DNA from: Asterias rubens
Lineage: Eukaryota
DNA: 64,000 bases
NCBI RefSeq assembly: GCF_902459465.1
Contig: NC_047062.1
Span: 29,078,001 to 29,142,000 of the forward strand
Direction of reading: 5' to 3'
The position numbers and the translations under genes are program-made. Positions 52,877 to 64,000 of the stretch are shown piece by piece (positions within the stretch are counted from its first letter, which is position 1; the number at the start of each line of letters is the position of its first letter). The notes beneath the pieces were generated by a model, which searched no databases, was not told the origin of the DNA, and saw nothing but the letters and a program-made list of their open reading frames with translations.

Positions 52877-53230
52877 TAATAACAATAATAATAGACCGTT
52901 TTTATATAGCGCTTTTCATGCCCGAGGGTGTCTCAAAACGCTTCCGACAATATTACCCCTGGTCACTGGGCCTTAAATCATTCCTTAAACCATCTCAGCT
53001 CCCTGGGGAGTATACAGCGTGTGTGCAATATATGCGCTACTCTGCTAAACCAATCACAAGAACCATCTCTGCCCTCACAGGTACCCATTTACCAATGGAG
53101 AGAAGCAATTATAGTTAAGTGTCTTGCTCAGGGACGCAAGTGTCACGCCCGAGATTCGAACCCACACTCTGCTGAACAGAAGCATCAGAGCTTGAGTTCG
53201 GTGCTCTTATCCACTCGGCCACGACACCCC
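52877..53230 (-). mobile_element. Near full-length tRNA-derived SINE with a CORE-like middle and an L2-like tail
   Basis: Minus strand: head GTGTCGTGGCCGAGTGGATAAGAGCACCGAAC...GGTTCGAATC, then GTCCCTGAGCAAGACACTTAAC, then tail AAAAGCGCTATATAAAAACGGTCTATTATTATT. Confidence 0.82.
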
Positions 53231-53566
53231 ACTCTTCTATGATAAGTGTTCTGGGTTCTTTTATGTGCACTACCAATCCTAGTACATGGGAACTACGACT
53301 GTCCCTTCCGAAGGACAAAGAAATAATAGTTACTCTTGCTGAACGACACAAGAGTTTGTGCGATGAGGATGGTAAAAGGTTTATGGAAAATCGTCTCACT
53401 GTTCATGACAGATTTAAACACATAGATCAATAGTTTGTACAAACTACACAAAATAAAACTAAGCATAAAACCAGTCAATGGAAGTATGTATTGCATGGTG
53501 TTTTGGCTGGTAACCTTATTCTGGTAAACTTTATTTTGTTGTGCTTAGCCACTTTTTGTGCTTTAA

Positions 53567-53923
53567 AGGGTGTATTCATGTACTTTTTGTAGGACAAAAA
53601 ACACAATGTCCACAGATGTACACTAAACTTACACAGTTTGAAGATAATGATAGTAGAAAGCTTCCCTGAAAATATTACGTGCTGAGGTGCTGTAGTTTTG
53701 GGGAAATGAGTAAAACAATGTCATGAAAATAATTTTGGTCTCATGAGACCAAAATTATATTAAGCATTTACAAACGATTGTCATGACATTGTTTTACTCA
53801 TTTCTCAAAAACTACAGAACCTCAGTAAGTAATATTTGAAAGGAAGCTTTACACTATCATTATCTTCAAACCCTGTAAGTTTAATGTAAATCTATGGACA
53901 TTTTGAAAAAGTACCCCAATTCT
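53567..53923. mobile_element. MITE family C
   Basis: TTAA|AGGG...TTCT|TTAA, colinear with 10672-11017. Confidence 0.85.
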
Positions 53924-54264
53924 TTAAGTAGCTATGGGATTTGAGACCAAACATTCTGTAAACTAAACCGATTACAAACTTGGACCCTAAACAGCTGTTT
54001 AAGCAGCAAAAATTGATAAATTACACATGAAATTCTATTTTGGCTGGTAACCTAATTCTGGTAAGCATGCTGTTACCATGCTTATCTACTTTGCGTATAG
54101 GACAAAATACCAACTATCCAAAGACTATCAAAGAAAATTGATAGTTTTGTTTCATGTTTTGCCAGAAATGTTGGGCAAATTCTTGGGTGTGCTTTTTTCC
54201 ATTGAGCAGTTTAGAAAAGTCAGGGCAAATATTTTTACATTTATTTCAAGACAATCTTTAAATT

Positions 54265-54619
54265 TGTAATTGTCAAAGACCAGTTTTCTCACATGGTGTA
54301 TCTCAACATATGCATAGAATAACAAACATGTGAAAATTTGAGCTCAATTGGTTGTCGAAGTTGCGAGATAATATTGAAAGAAAGAAACACCTTTGTCACA
54401 CGAAGTTGTGTGCTTTCAGATGCTTGATTTCGAGACCTCGAACTCTAAATATGAGGTCTCGAAATCAAATTCGTCGAAAATTACTTCTTTCTTGAAAACT
54501 ACCTCACTTCAGAGGGAGCCGTTTCTCACAAAGTTTTATACTACCATCCTCTCCCCATTACTTGTTAGGTTTTATGCTAATAATTATTTTTGAGTAATTA
54601 CCAATAGTGTCTACTGCCT
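54265..54619. mobile_element. MITE family A
   Basis: GTAATTGTCAAAGACC...AATTACCAATAGTGTCTACTGCCT. Confidence 0.8.
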
Positions 54620-55324
54620 GTAAAAGCAGTTTATAAAAGTCAATGTAGTTTAGGGATATAGGACAGGATTGGTTATACTTTATCTTTTGTTTTGTTGGAA
54701 AAATCGATATTGATGTTATTAAATTGTACATAAAATTTCGATAACAATGGTGAGAAAGTATAAACACGAGTAATAATTTATTGACTTTCTGTTTCTCTCC
54801 CGAGAATGACGGGAAAAAAAGACTCATTTTGAGAAAAGATCTTTCTGTTTAGAAGCATCGTCTCCCACCACCCGTGAATAAATGCAAATTCCCCCGTGCA
54901 CTTTGCCTGCCTTCCTGGTCTCTGACCTCGTAATCAGACATAATCCGCCAAGGGTTTGGGCTTCAATCGTCCTTGAAATTATTCCTCAAAAATATGAAAC
55001 CTCACCTTTTCCAAAGACACTAAAGGTCCTATGACACAGGGTTGTTGTGTAGTTAATAATTTTGCTTCGCCTTGCACGTTCAGGGTGGTCGAATTTCCTC
55101 ATTTATACAATAATGATTTTGACTTGCAGTTTATTAGTAAAACAGACTTATTTATCACTGTATAAAATACTACAAACAAAGCTCTTCTCGTGTTGCGTTA
55201 ATTAGAGCTGCGACGACGCCAAGACTTACCCCGGTATACATCAACAGGAAATCAGTGAGAAATCGAAGATGGGATGAAATAATTTGACGGAGAGATTGCT
55301 TTTTCAGATGCGAGAGGTTTTTAA

Positions 55325-55694
55325 AGGCACTGGACACTGTTGGTAATTGCTCAAAATAATTGTGAGCATGAAAACTTAATTGAAAAACAAGCAATGGAGA
55401 GCCGTTGATAGGGTAAAACATTGTGAGGAACGATTCGCTCTAAAGTAAAGTACTTTTAAGAAACAGGTTATTTCTCACTCAAATATTAAAAGAACTTCAG
55501 ACCTGAAGCCCTTTTTAGGCATCTGAAAGCAGACACTTGTGCAACACGGGTGTTTTTTCTTCTTTCATTATTCACTTGCAACTCCAATGACCAATTGAGT
55601 CAAAATTTCCAAATTGGTTGTTTGATTCATAATGGGATATATACACCAAGGGAGAATACTGGTATTTGACAACTACCAAAGGTGACCAGTGCCT
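55325..55694. mobile_element. MITE family A
   Basis: TTAA|AGGCACTGGACACTGTTGGTAATT...GGTGACCAGTGCCT. Confidence 0.8.
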
Positions 55695-55875
55695 TTGATA
55701 AAAAGTTTTTGAATCTAGCTTCAAAGAAATCTGATAAATTATAGCTTTGCTTTAATTCTCTGAATGTAGGGCGGGTAAACCACGGCTGTTTTATGTCCCC
55801 TTAGATTGATGTTACAGAAGTAATAACATGCTCAGAACAGTCAATATGGAAACAAGAAGTATAACCAGTATTTAA

Positions 55876-56173
55876 AGGCAGTGGAGCTGTTGATAATATA
55901 AAACATTGTGAGAAACGGCTTCCTCTGAAGTAATGTAGTTTTTGAGAAAGAAGTAACTTTCCACGAATCAGATTTATAATTTGAGGTATCGAAATCAAGC
56001 ATCTGAAAACACACAACTTCGTGTGACAATGGTGGGTTTTTTTCTCGTTATTATCTCGCAACTTCGACGACCGATTGAGCTAAAATGATCACAGGTTTGT
56101 TATTTTATGTATATGTTGAGATACACCAACTGTGAAGGCTAGTCTTTGACAATTACCAATAGTGACACTGTCT
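55876..56173. mobile_element. MITE family A with an internal deletion near the left end
   Basis: TTAA|AGGCAGTGG joined directly to AGCTGTTGATA. Right end is CCAATAGTGACACTGTCT|TTAA. Confidence 0.8.
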
Positions 56174-56460
56174 TTAAATAATAGGATTCATACCTAAGCA
56201 TTCATTATAGGTTTTTCGGTCAATCTCAGCAAAAGTATATTCCATTTCATTAAAAAGCATTAAAATTATTTAGTATGCATTTATTCGATCAAACTATACA
56301 GGGTTTCTTTTTAAGCTGTTGTTGCATTCAATTTCCTCTTCGTGCACACATTATTTTTGTTATTCTCATTCAAGTTCGTTTTCAGTCATTAATTTATAGG
56401 CATTCAAGACTATTTTCACAATTCTAAATTTATCATAAATTAAAGCAAAATATAGTTAAA

Positions 56461-56502
56461 GGCCTGACGTTTCGACCCATAGCAGAGTCTTTCCTCGAAG
56501 GC
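56461..56502 (-). ncRNA. Hammerhead-like motif, non-canonical core (same family as 28091-28127)
   Basis: Minus strand GCCT-TCGAGGA-AA-GACTC-TGCTAT-GGGTC-GAAAC-GTC-AGGC, giving stem I GCCT/AGGC, stem II GACTC/GGGTC and palindromic ACGT stem III. Activity is unknown. Confidence 0.5.
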
Positions 56503-56714
56503 AAAGGCACATGGTTATAGTAATTTCCTTCTTGGATGTTCAGACTATGGGGTTGAATGGTCTGAAAGCGCCTTATCTTCAGTTTCTCCCTACTCAAATT
56601 TATTTTACTGTGGACGAAGTTGAATGGTTGATCAACCTCTTACTGATTGCTTTACCGAAATTGAACAACTTTTGCGACCTCGGGGTTTTTGAATGATGTT
56701 GACAAGTGCATGCG

Positions 56715-57020
56715 CACTGGACACCTTTGGTTAAATTGTCAAAAACCTGTAGGCCTATCTCTCACTTGGTGTATCCCAACATATGCATGAAATAACAAAT
56801 CTGATGAAAGAAAAGAAAAAAACACCCTTCTTTATTTTATCTTGCACAAATTTGTGTGCTTTTAGATGCATAATAAAAGGCTCCAGGAGTCGGAAATTAC
56901 GTGCATACTTCAGAGGGAGCTGTTTCTCACCATCTTTAATACTATTACTACAACATATCTCCATTGCTTGTTACCAAGTAAGTTTTTATGCCAACAATTA
57001 TTTGAGTAACTACCAAAAGT
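56715..57020. mobile_element. MITE family A, diverged
   Basis: CACTGGACACCTTTGG...TACTTCAGAGGGAGC...TTTTGAGTAACTACCAAAAGTG. Confidence 0.65.
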
Positions 57021-57672
57021 GTTTTAAACATACGTGTTCATTATTTTGTTAGTGGCCTATTAAAACATAAACGGATTGTGCGACTCAGGCCACCGCCAAG
57101 AACCAGAAACTGCGTAATTTTACGGGCATCGAAAACAACTAACACGTTGATGTTGACAATCGCCAACAATTTCCAAATTATAATAACTTGAATGTGGTAT
57201 CAATTACCTCGAGGTATTTCGTTCCTGGAAAGTTGGCAGGAGGCAAAAACACCGAAATCGAAATAGAAACCCTATATATAAATGCATTCTATCGGATACA
57301 GTTCAAACGAACCATGATTTTACCAGATCATGTTCTCAAGCCAAACAACAATGTTTATTTGTGAGGCTGGCCAAGAAATTTGCAAAGTGAGAAATTAGCA
57401 AAGTGAGAAATTGCATGTCGTTAAAATAGCATTATATGTATATGACTCATTTTGTGCATAATAACGTGAGCACTCTATATCGAACACCGAAACTTCAGCA
57501 TTCGGCTCCGGACAGATTTGTGTGCACAAAAACAAACAACAGTTTTTTACTGGCCAACGCCAACTTGGCATTGATTACTCAGGCTATATAGTTTTGTTCA
57601 GGCTATATATACGTCATGCCCGATATAATGTAGGCGGATGGTAGGCCTACCTTAAATGTTCCCTTACTTTAA

Positions 57673-58040
57673 AGCCATTGTACACTTTCGGTATAGAAAA
57701 AGAAAGAAAAAAGTTCACAGATTTACAAATAACTTACAGGGTTTACAGAAGGTAATGATGAAAGGCTTCTCTTGAAATATTATTCCATGAAATGCTTTAC
57801 TTTTTGAGAAAACATTAAAACAATATCAATTCTCGATAGCGAGAATTACGAATTTATTTTGAACACATGTCATGACACGAGGAAACGTGCGGATACAAGG
57901 GTGGGTTTCCCGTTATTTTCTCCCGACTCCGATGACCGATTGAGTCTAAATTTTCACAGGTTTGTTATTTTATATATAAGTTGTGATACACGAAGTGTGG
58001 GCCTTTGGACAATACTGTTTACCGAAAGTGTCCAATGGCT
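57673..58040. mobile_element. MITE family D
   Basis: TTAA|AGCCATTGTACACTTTCGG...CCGAAAGTGTCCAATGGCT|TTAA. Confidence 0.9.
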
Positions 58041-59019
58041 TTAACACGCTATTTTCTTCTCGTACAGAATTACCACCTCCCTGAAATCATCTAAAAAACT
58101 CCTCAGATTCCAAGCACACAAAGAACATTAATTGGAGGTACATCGCCCCATGTCGAAAACCAAATGGCAGGCAAAGTTTTTAAGCAAAGTTTTTTTTACC
58201 AAGCTACTTCATCTTGAGCAGACAAAAGTGCAGTCAGAGGTTGGTGGAATAAAAATTCATAGTTTGGGATGTAAACAGGGGCCAATGTCATTTATTGAGA
58301 TGCTGAGAACGCTAGTTTGCTAAGCACATAACAATATTGCTTAGCATATACGGGTAACCAGCCAATCATGAATGTTTAATGTTTATAATAATGTGTGACT
58401 GGTAATGCATTATTTTGCTTTAAACATCAGATGCATTAGCTTAGAAACATTTTTTTTTCTAAAACAGCTGTGTGAAATGTGAGCCCCAAAATGGTAACTT
58501 TACTGGTTTCGTTATACTTTTGTACACTTCAAACCCCATTTCATAAAAACAAATCCTCAGTTGGGTATTAAAACATCCGGATGGCTATTAATTATGAATT
58601 CCTTTACTTCAAAACTGGATTTATTGCCAACTTGGACTGTAAACTTCCACATTTCCGCCTTATATATCGCTAACATACTCGATCGGTATGCCAACGTGCC
58701 CCCTCGGACTTGTGGTTATGTTGGGGTTCGATGTAATCGTGACGCTGGAATAGCGGGACCAGGAAATTTGGCTGCGTGCAATAAATGAAAAAAAAAACGT
58801 TTAAAAAAGATTTATGACTTCACTTACTTTAACTATGGCGCATACATTAAGTAAACAACCCATTTGAACGTCGTTTTGTGTTATTCTGGCATAGTCGTGA
58901 TGAGTAAACATAACCACTTTTGTATATAAACCTGAAGGAAGTTGTGCTAAAAAAGAATATGTAAATTGAGAAGAGACGAGTGGGCGTTTTGGTTGAAGGG
59001 CAGATGTAGACAGTTTGTG

Positions 59020-59380
59020 AATTTCACGAGTTGGGATTAGTCTTATCTCGAGTTGGACGAGTAACTCGGCCTAACTTATCTCTTTAAATAGGACTAGTCC
59101 TAAGTTAGGACTGTAGCCTTAAGTTTTAATATCTCTTATATCAACCTCGTTCCCAGGGGTGATCGATCTCGCCACGCCATTTTTCCCAAGCATGCCTTGC
59201 TCAATCAAAGACACGGATCGGAGTTTCCCTCCAAGGGGTTAGAGACGTACGCAGAGCTAGCGTGATACGGCGCGCTGCCCATGGTAGCGAGGTTGCTCTT
59301 ATATAGTCCAAAGTTAGGACTGTAGCCTTAAGTTTTTATATCTCTATATGGGACTAGTCCTAAGTTATAGGACCAGTCCT
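59020..59380. repeat. Family I repeat (GGACTAGTCC motifs) split by a 9-bp-TSD element
   Basis: GGACTAGTCCTAAGTTAGGAC motifs lie on both sides of 59142-59295. Confidence 0.65.
59142..59295. mobile_element. 154-bp TIR element with a 9-bp TSD (Mutator-like)
   Basis: CAACCTCGTTCCCA...TGGTAGCGAGGTTG. The direct repeat CTCTTATAT lies at 59133-59141 and 59296-59304. Confidence 0.85.
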
Positions 59381-60070
59381 TTGAAATGACTACACTGGTC
59401 CCCTGTCATTATCCACAAGTATAAGTTAGGTATTGGTTTACGTTGAACATGTAAGTTGTATTTAACTGCGAATCTTATGATGGCCATGCAAAATGATGCG
59501 AGGTCGAAGGTGATGATACGTGAGAGCTCTGACGTAACTCAAGAGCCTCGAAGTGTGACGTCAGACGTTCATGCTAGCAGAGGGGTTAATTTGCCCGAAA
59601 TTTTCAGAACAAGTATCGATCTCTAATTCAGGATAAAAAGTCTGGTTTGATTGAACTGTTTTTTTCTTCTTATCTTGTTGCTGTGCCCGAGTTTTCAACA
59701 CTGCCCTGCCAAAATTTTGGAGGGCAGTATCTCTCCCCCCCCCCCCCCCCCGGGGCCGTACGCCAGGAGACGTTATTAAACGTCGTCGTTTTGAGTGAAA
59801 CAAAAACTTGTTATGTGTCTGCAAAAATACGTGTACTTAAAAAAAAATACTAACATAATAATACGGTACATTTTCATGGGTCATAATGCTGGAGCCTCGC
59901 AAAACATCAAACCCTGACAAATATTATCAACTAAAACCAATTGTCACAAAAGAAAGACTCAAACAAACGAGTTTTTAAAAGCCCCTTGGAAATCTGAGTG
60001 TCAATGAGTACGGAAACCCAATAGCACAAAACCCTGTAGTTCTTGAGAACCTAATTTTGATTGTTTTTAA

Positions 60071-60452
60071 AGGCAGTGGGGTACTATTGGTAATTACTCA
60101 AAATAATTATTAGCGTAAAACCTCACTTGGTAACGAGTAATGGGGAGAGGTGGTTGATGATATAAAACATTGTGAGAAACGGCTCCCTCTGAAGTGCCAT
60201 AGTTTTCGAGAAAGAAGTAATTTCCCACGAATTTGATTTCGAGACCTCAAGTTTAGGACTTGAGGTCTCGAAATCAACCATCTAAACGCACACAACTTCG
60301 TGTGACAAGGGTGTTTTTTCTTTCATTATTATCTCGCAAGTTCGATGAGCGATTGAGCTCAAATCTTCACAGGTTTGTTATTTTATGCATTTGTTGAGAT
60401 ACACCAAGTGAGAAGGCTAGTCTTTGACAATTACCAATAGTGTCCAGTGTCT
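60071..60452. mobile_element. MITE family A with both TTAA target copies intact
   Basis: TTAA|AGGCAGTGG...CCAATAGTGTCCAGTGTCT|TTAA. Confidence 0.9.
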
Positions 60453-61932
60453 TTAACGTCAATTTACCACCTTGTCAGCCTGCCCTCTCTTCATACATAA
60501 ATCTAATAACACATTTCACATTTTTAGGATTTATTCAGTTAGTGAAAATAATGTTTGGGGCTTCGTTCTCGTATTATCCCTCACAAACCGCGGAACACCG
60601 GGGAATAATTAGAAACGCGAGGTCGTTCGCCGGTCGGCCTGCTGGGTTGTATTGGCGTTTCCATCGGCGGTAGGGCACCTGCAAAGTCATGGTCAAAGCA
60701 GGGCCAGGTTTCTACGACATGTGTTTCGTTAACAAAGCTATAGTGTCAATGTAACTTTTATATTAAGTTACCATTGTCTTTGACACAATGGCCAACATAA
60801 TAATTTAAACAATAAAGACAAGACCTGCAAGCATCAACAGTGTACGTACCCCTTTAATGTTCTTTGAGATCGAAAACATGTTCGAAAAAGAAAATGTTGT
60901 ATAATAAAGAAATCAATAATTTTAATTTCCGGTATGTGTCCATCTGAATGCCAAGGCAGACTGTCTGATGAAATGTTAGATGAATGCAAGAGACAATGAT
61001 AATAATGTGGGACAATATTTGACGTAATATCCGTTGACTGAATACCCATGTAATTGCAAAAAATACCAACAAGAAAACATACCAGTTTATGAATCATAAT
61101 ATAGGCCCAATCTAGAACTATACTTAAAAAGAGGGATATAATGCTGTTTTCAAAGTGATTCAAAATGTACATTAAATCAAGTGTTTCTATTCTCAATCGT
61201 GAAATTTTGTTCAGTAAGACAATTTTTTGGGAATAATTTTACCACCGCAACAATCAAAACAAACTCACTTCAAGCGGGCGCTGTTCACCACTGGGAGTGG
61301 GACCAGCAATGAATAGTCGCGTTACTTTCAAGGGCCCCGATCACAGAACATGTATAGATAGAAAGACTGATATAAACAGGCATGCTATGAAGCTCGGGCA
61401 AAGCTCGCCAGTAGTCTTTGCCCAATACGTCATTGATCGAAAATGGGTAGTGTACTACGCTCAGATTTGCCACTGAGCGTAGTACACAATCCACTAGCGA
61501 CCACCGACGTCTTGAGCCAAGACTAGCTCGCCAGTGACTCGAGCGTCAGGGCCAACTTGTCTCTAAACAAAAGCCGTGGTCGGGGTTTATTTTGACGGCG
61601 AGGCGCTTGGCACGTGCTTGGGGTTACCAGAAACCGCCGAAGTATCACCCGCTGCCGTCAGGCTGTGGGACTTCACCATACGAGGTTCATGTACACAGCT
61701 ATAATACAAGTTCACAAGCCAGCCACGGGTTGGATCTCGTCCTCACACGCTCAAAGTTTCCAGTTGGAGTTTGGAGTGAATCCATTTTGGTCACTGTAGG
61801 TGGATTTCGGATTTAATGTCAGCATCCCGCCACCAGGAGTGTCGTTGCTTTAGTGTTGGAACTGTGATGTTGCATCTTTGTTGGAAATGATACCTGTGCT
61901 GTTACGTCTTCTAATATAAAAACGGTTGAAAA

Positions 61933-62290
61933 ATGTCTTGTGGAACTTGGTTTGGTTGTTGGTTTGGTGGTGGACTGTTCTCGACATACCTGGGATGTAC
62001 TATAGCAATTGTTCTTTTCCACCAACACATCCTAGCCGTGTATGGTTTATCTGGCACGAGTACTGATCCGCTGGCTTCACAAGAAGCGAAGGACACGTGC
62101 CCGGTTGACTTTCATTATTGCAACTGGTACTGCCCGGGTCTACCGGAGCGATGCACGGGGGACAGACTGCTGCCTGGCCCGTGCGGATGCTGCACGGTGT
62201 GCATGAGGCAGGCGGGCGAGAGGTGCTCCTTGCCCCGTGAGGCTTGTGATGCGGTCTTTCAACTGACATGCGTGGATGGAAGATGTAAAG
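61933..62290 (+). CDS. First coding exon of a secreted IGFBP-N-domain protein (CCN/IGFBP-rP-like); gene continues beyond the window
   Basis: Hydrophobic N-terminus, then CPVDFHYCNWYCPGLPERCTGDRLLPGPCGCCTVCMRQAGERCSLPREACDAVFQLTCVDGRC. This has 12 Cys and the xCGCCxxC motif. The exon ends at a phase-1 donor AAAG|GTGAGA. The start codon choice is inferred. Confidence 0.8.
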
Positions 62291-63159
62291 GTGAGATTGA
62301 AGTTGTAACCACACTTAGTTAGTTCATAACAAGTTAAATTAGTTATATTTTAACCATAGCATGGTTTCACCGACTGAAAATTTTTTGTTTCATATAATTA
62401 GTTTGTGGTGTTTTTCACGTGGATGGTGGCATGCGAGTAAACCGATGTATCTGAAGTAGAATAAGGGATTTTATAAATAATAAATGCAGTAACAAAAATG
62501 TGTGCTTTCCAACCGTTACAAAGTTCGAAAGAATTTTCAAATCGCAAGATTCCTTTAGAGACATAATATAACGACAAAAGAGCCAGCGATTGCTTTGACT
62601 AACTTAAGTCCGAAGACAATGCAGTTTTGTAGACACTGTTATCTAACCAACACGACTATTATTGGACAGAAGTTCTTGGTTCTGAAGGCTGTAGTAAAAA
62701 CCCGAAGCACTATATATTTAGGCGTATACGACCGTTTGCAGATTCCTAATTTGTCGGGGGAAAAAACAACAACAACAACAAAACGAGATAAATCATTGCA
62801 TTTCACCAAACGCGGTTCTAGGGTCATGCCAAAGTCTTGTTTATAAGAGAGAGAGAGATATATACAATGTATGAACCAGCTTACTGTTTTAGAAGGAGAT
62901 TTATTTGTTTTATCGTTCAGTTAATTTTCCTTAGTGAGTCCTGTTGTATCTAGGCGCTCCTTGTCACTATTGGCACCGATGTGACGTAATCCACGCAGTG
63001 CCAGGCATAGCCCCATGTCAGTGTGACGCATAATTACAAAATGTCCTGTATTTATTTTGGCTAAGCTCAGATTAAGAATATAATCCTTTGATATAATATG
63101 CGTGAATTACATGTATACTAACATGGCTGTATATTCCTTATCAATGTACAATGTAGAGA

Positions 63160-64000
63160 CATTCACTGTATACAAACCTGTGGGAATGTCCAAAATCCAA
63201 TATCTAAAAAAGCATTACCGATATTCACTGTACAAACATATGGGAATGTCCAATATCCAATATCTAATAAGCAACATCGATATTCACTGTACAAACCTAT
63301 GCGAATGTCCAATATCCAATATCTAAAATAGCAACATCGATATTCACTGTGCAAACCTATGCGAATGTCCAATATCCAATATCTAAAAAAGCAACATTGA
63401 TATTCACTGTACAAACCTATGCTAATGTCCAATATCCAATATCTAAAAAGCAACATCGATATTTACTGTACAAACCTATGCGAATTTCCAATATCCAATA
63501 TCTAAAAAGCAACATCGATATTCACTGTACAAACCTATGCGAATGTCCAATATCCAATATCTAAAAAAGCAACATCGATATTCACTGTACAAACCTATGC
63601 GAATGTCCAATATCCAATATCTAAAAAGCAACATCGATATTCGCTGTACAAACCTATGTGAATGTCCAATATCCAATATCTAAAAAGCAACATCGATATT
63701 CGCTGTACAAACCTATGTGAATGTCCAATATCCAATATCGATGTACAAGAACATATGGGAATGTCCAATATCCAATATCGAAAAGGTAGACATCCACTGT
63801 ACAAACCTAAATGTCCTATATCCAATATCGTTATTCGCTGTACAAACATGATAGTGAATATCCAATATTGATGTAGATATAGACTGTATACAAACCTAAT
63901 GGGAATGTCCAATATCCAATATCTAAAAAGCAACACCGATATTCACTGTACAAACATGTGAATGTCCAATATCCAATATCGATGTACAAACCAATGGGAA
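63160..64000. repeat. Minisatellite, 59-60 bp unit, about 14 units, running off the window end
   Basis: Unit ATCCAATATCTAAAAAGCAACATCGATATTCACTGTACAAACCTATGCGAATGTCCAAT, with truncated variants after about 63730. Confidence 0.95.

Noticed and set aside
55225-55320. Minus-strand GTAAGT donor in a small CpG-rich patch, possibly a first exon
   Set aside because: No matching downstream exon was identified, and a lone donor hexamer is weak evidence.
63102-63936. Repetitive ORFs (RYWILDIRIGLYSEY and KSNIDIHCTNLCECP types)
   Set aside because: These are translations of the 60-bp minisatellite, whose frame shifts with the 59/60-bp unit variation.

Overview
AT-rich, intron-containing animal genomic DNA. 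It is probably an invertebrate deuterostome such as a sea star, but that is inferred from gene content and repeat style and is not verified. I rebuilt seven protein-coding genes by hand from GT-AG junctions and checked the exon phases: (1) the 3' end of a START-domain gene (+); (2) TMEM229B (-); (3) a PLP-dependent gamma-lyase (+, about 430 aa) that looks more like bacterial methionine gamma-lyase than animal cystathionase; (4) DHRS7 (+); (5) PCNX4 (-, about 1232 aa); (6) COX16 (+); (7) the first coding exon of a secreted IGFBP-domain (CCN-like) gene (+). TMEM229B and the lyase are head-to-head, as are PCNX4 and COX16. DHRS7 and PCNX4 are tail-to-tail, as I recall for human 14q23. Introns and spacers are full of non-autonomous repeats: six TTAA|AG...CT|TTAA (Kolobok-type) MITE families, MITEs with 8-bp and 9-bp target-site duplications (TSDs), tRNA-derived SINEs, L2 LINE fragments, and Penelope-like repeats carrying minimal hammerhead-ribozyme motifs, one family with a non-canonical core. 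A 60-bp minisatellite runs off the end of the window. I found no CRISPR array, rRNA or convincing functional tRNA. Most ORFs in the supplied track come from repeats or are spurious. All family assignments rest on recalled motifs; no database search was run.
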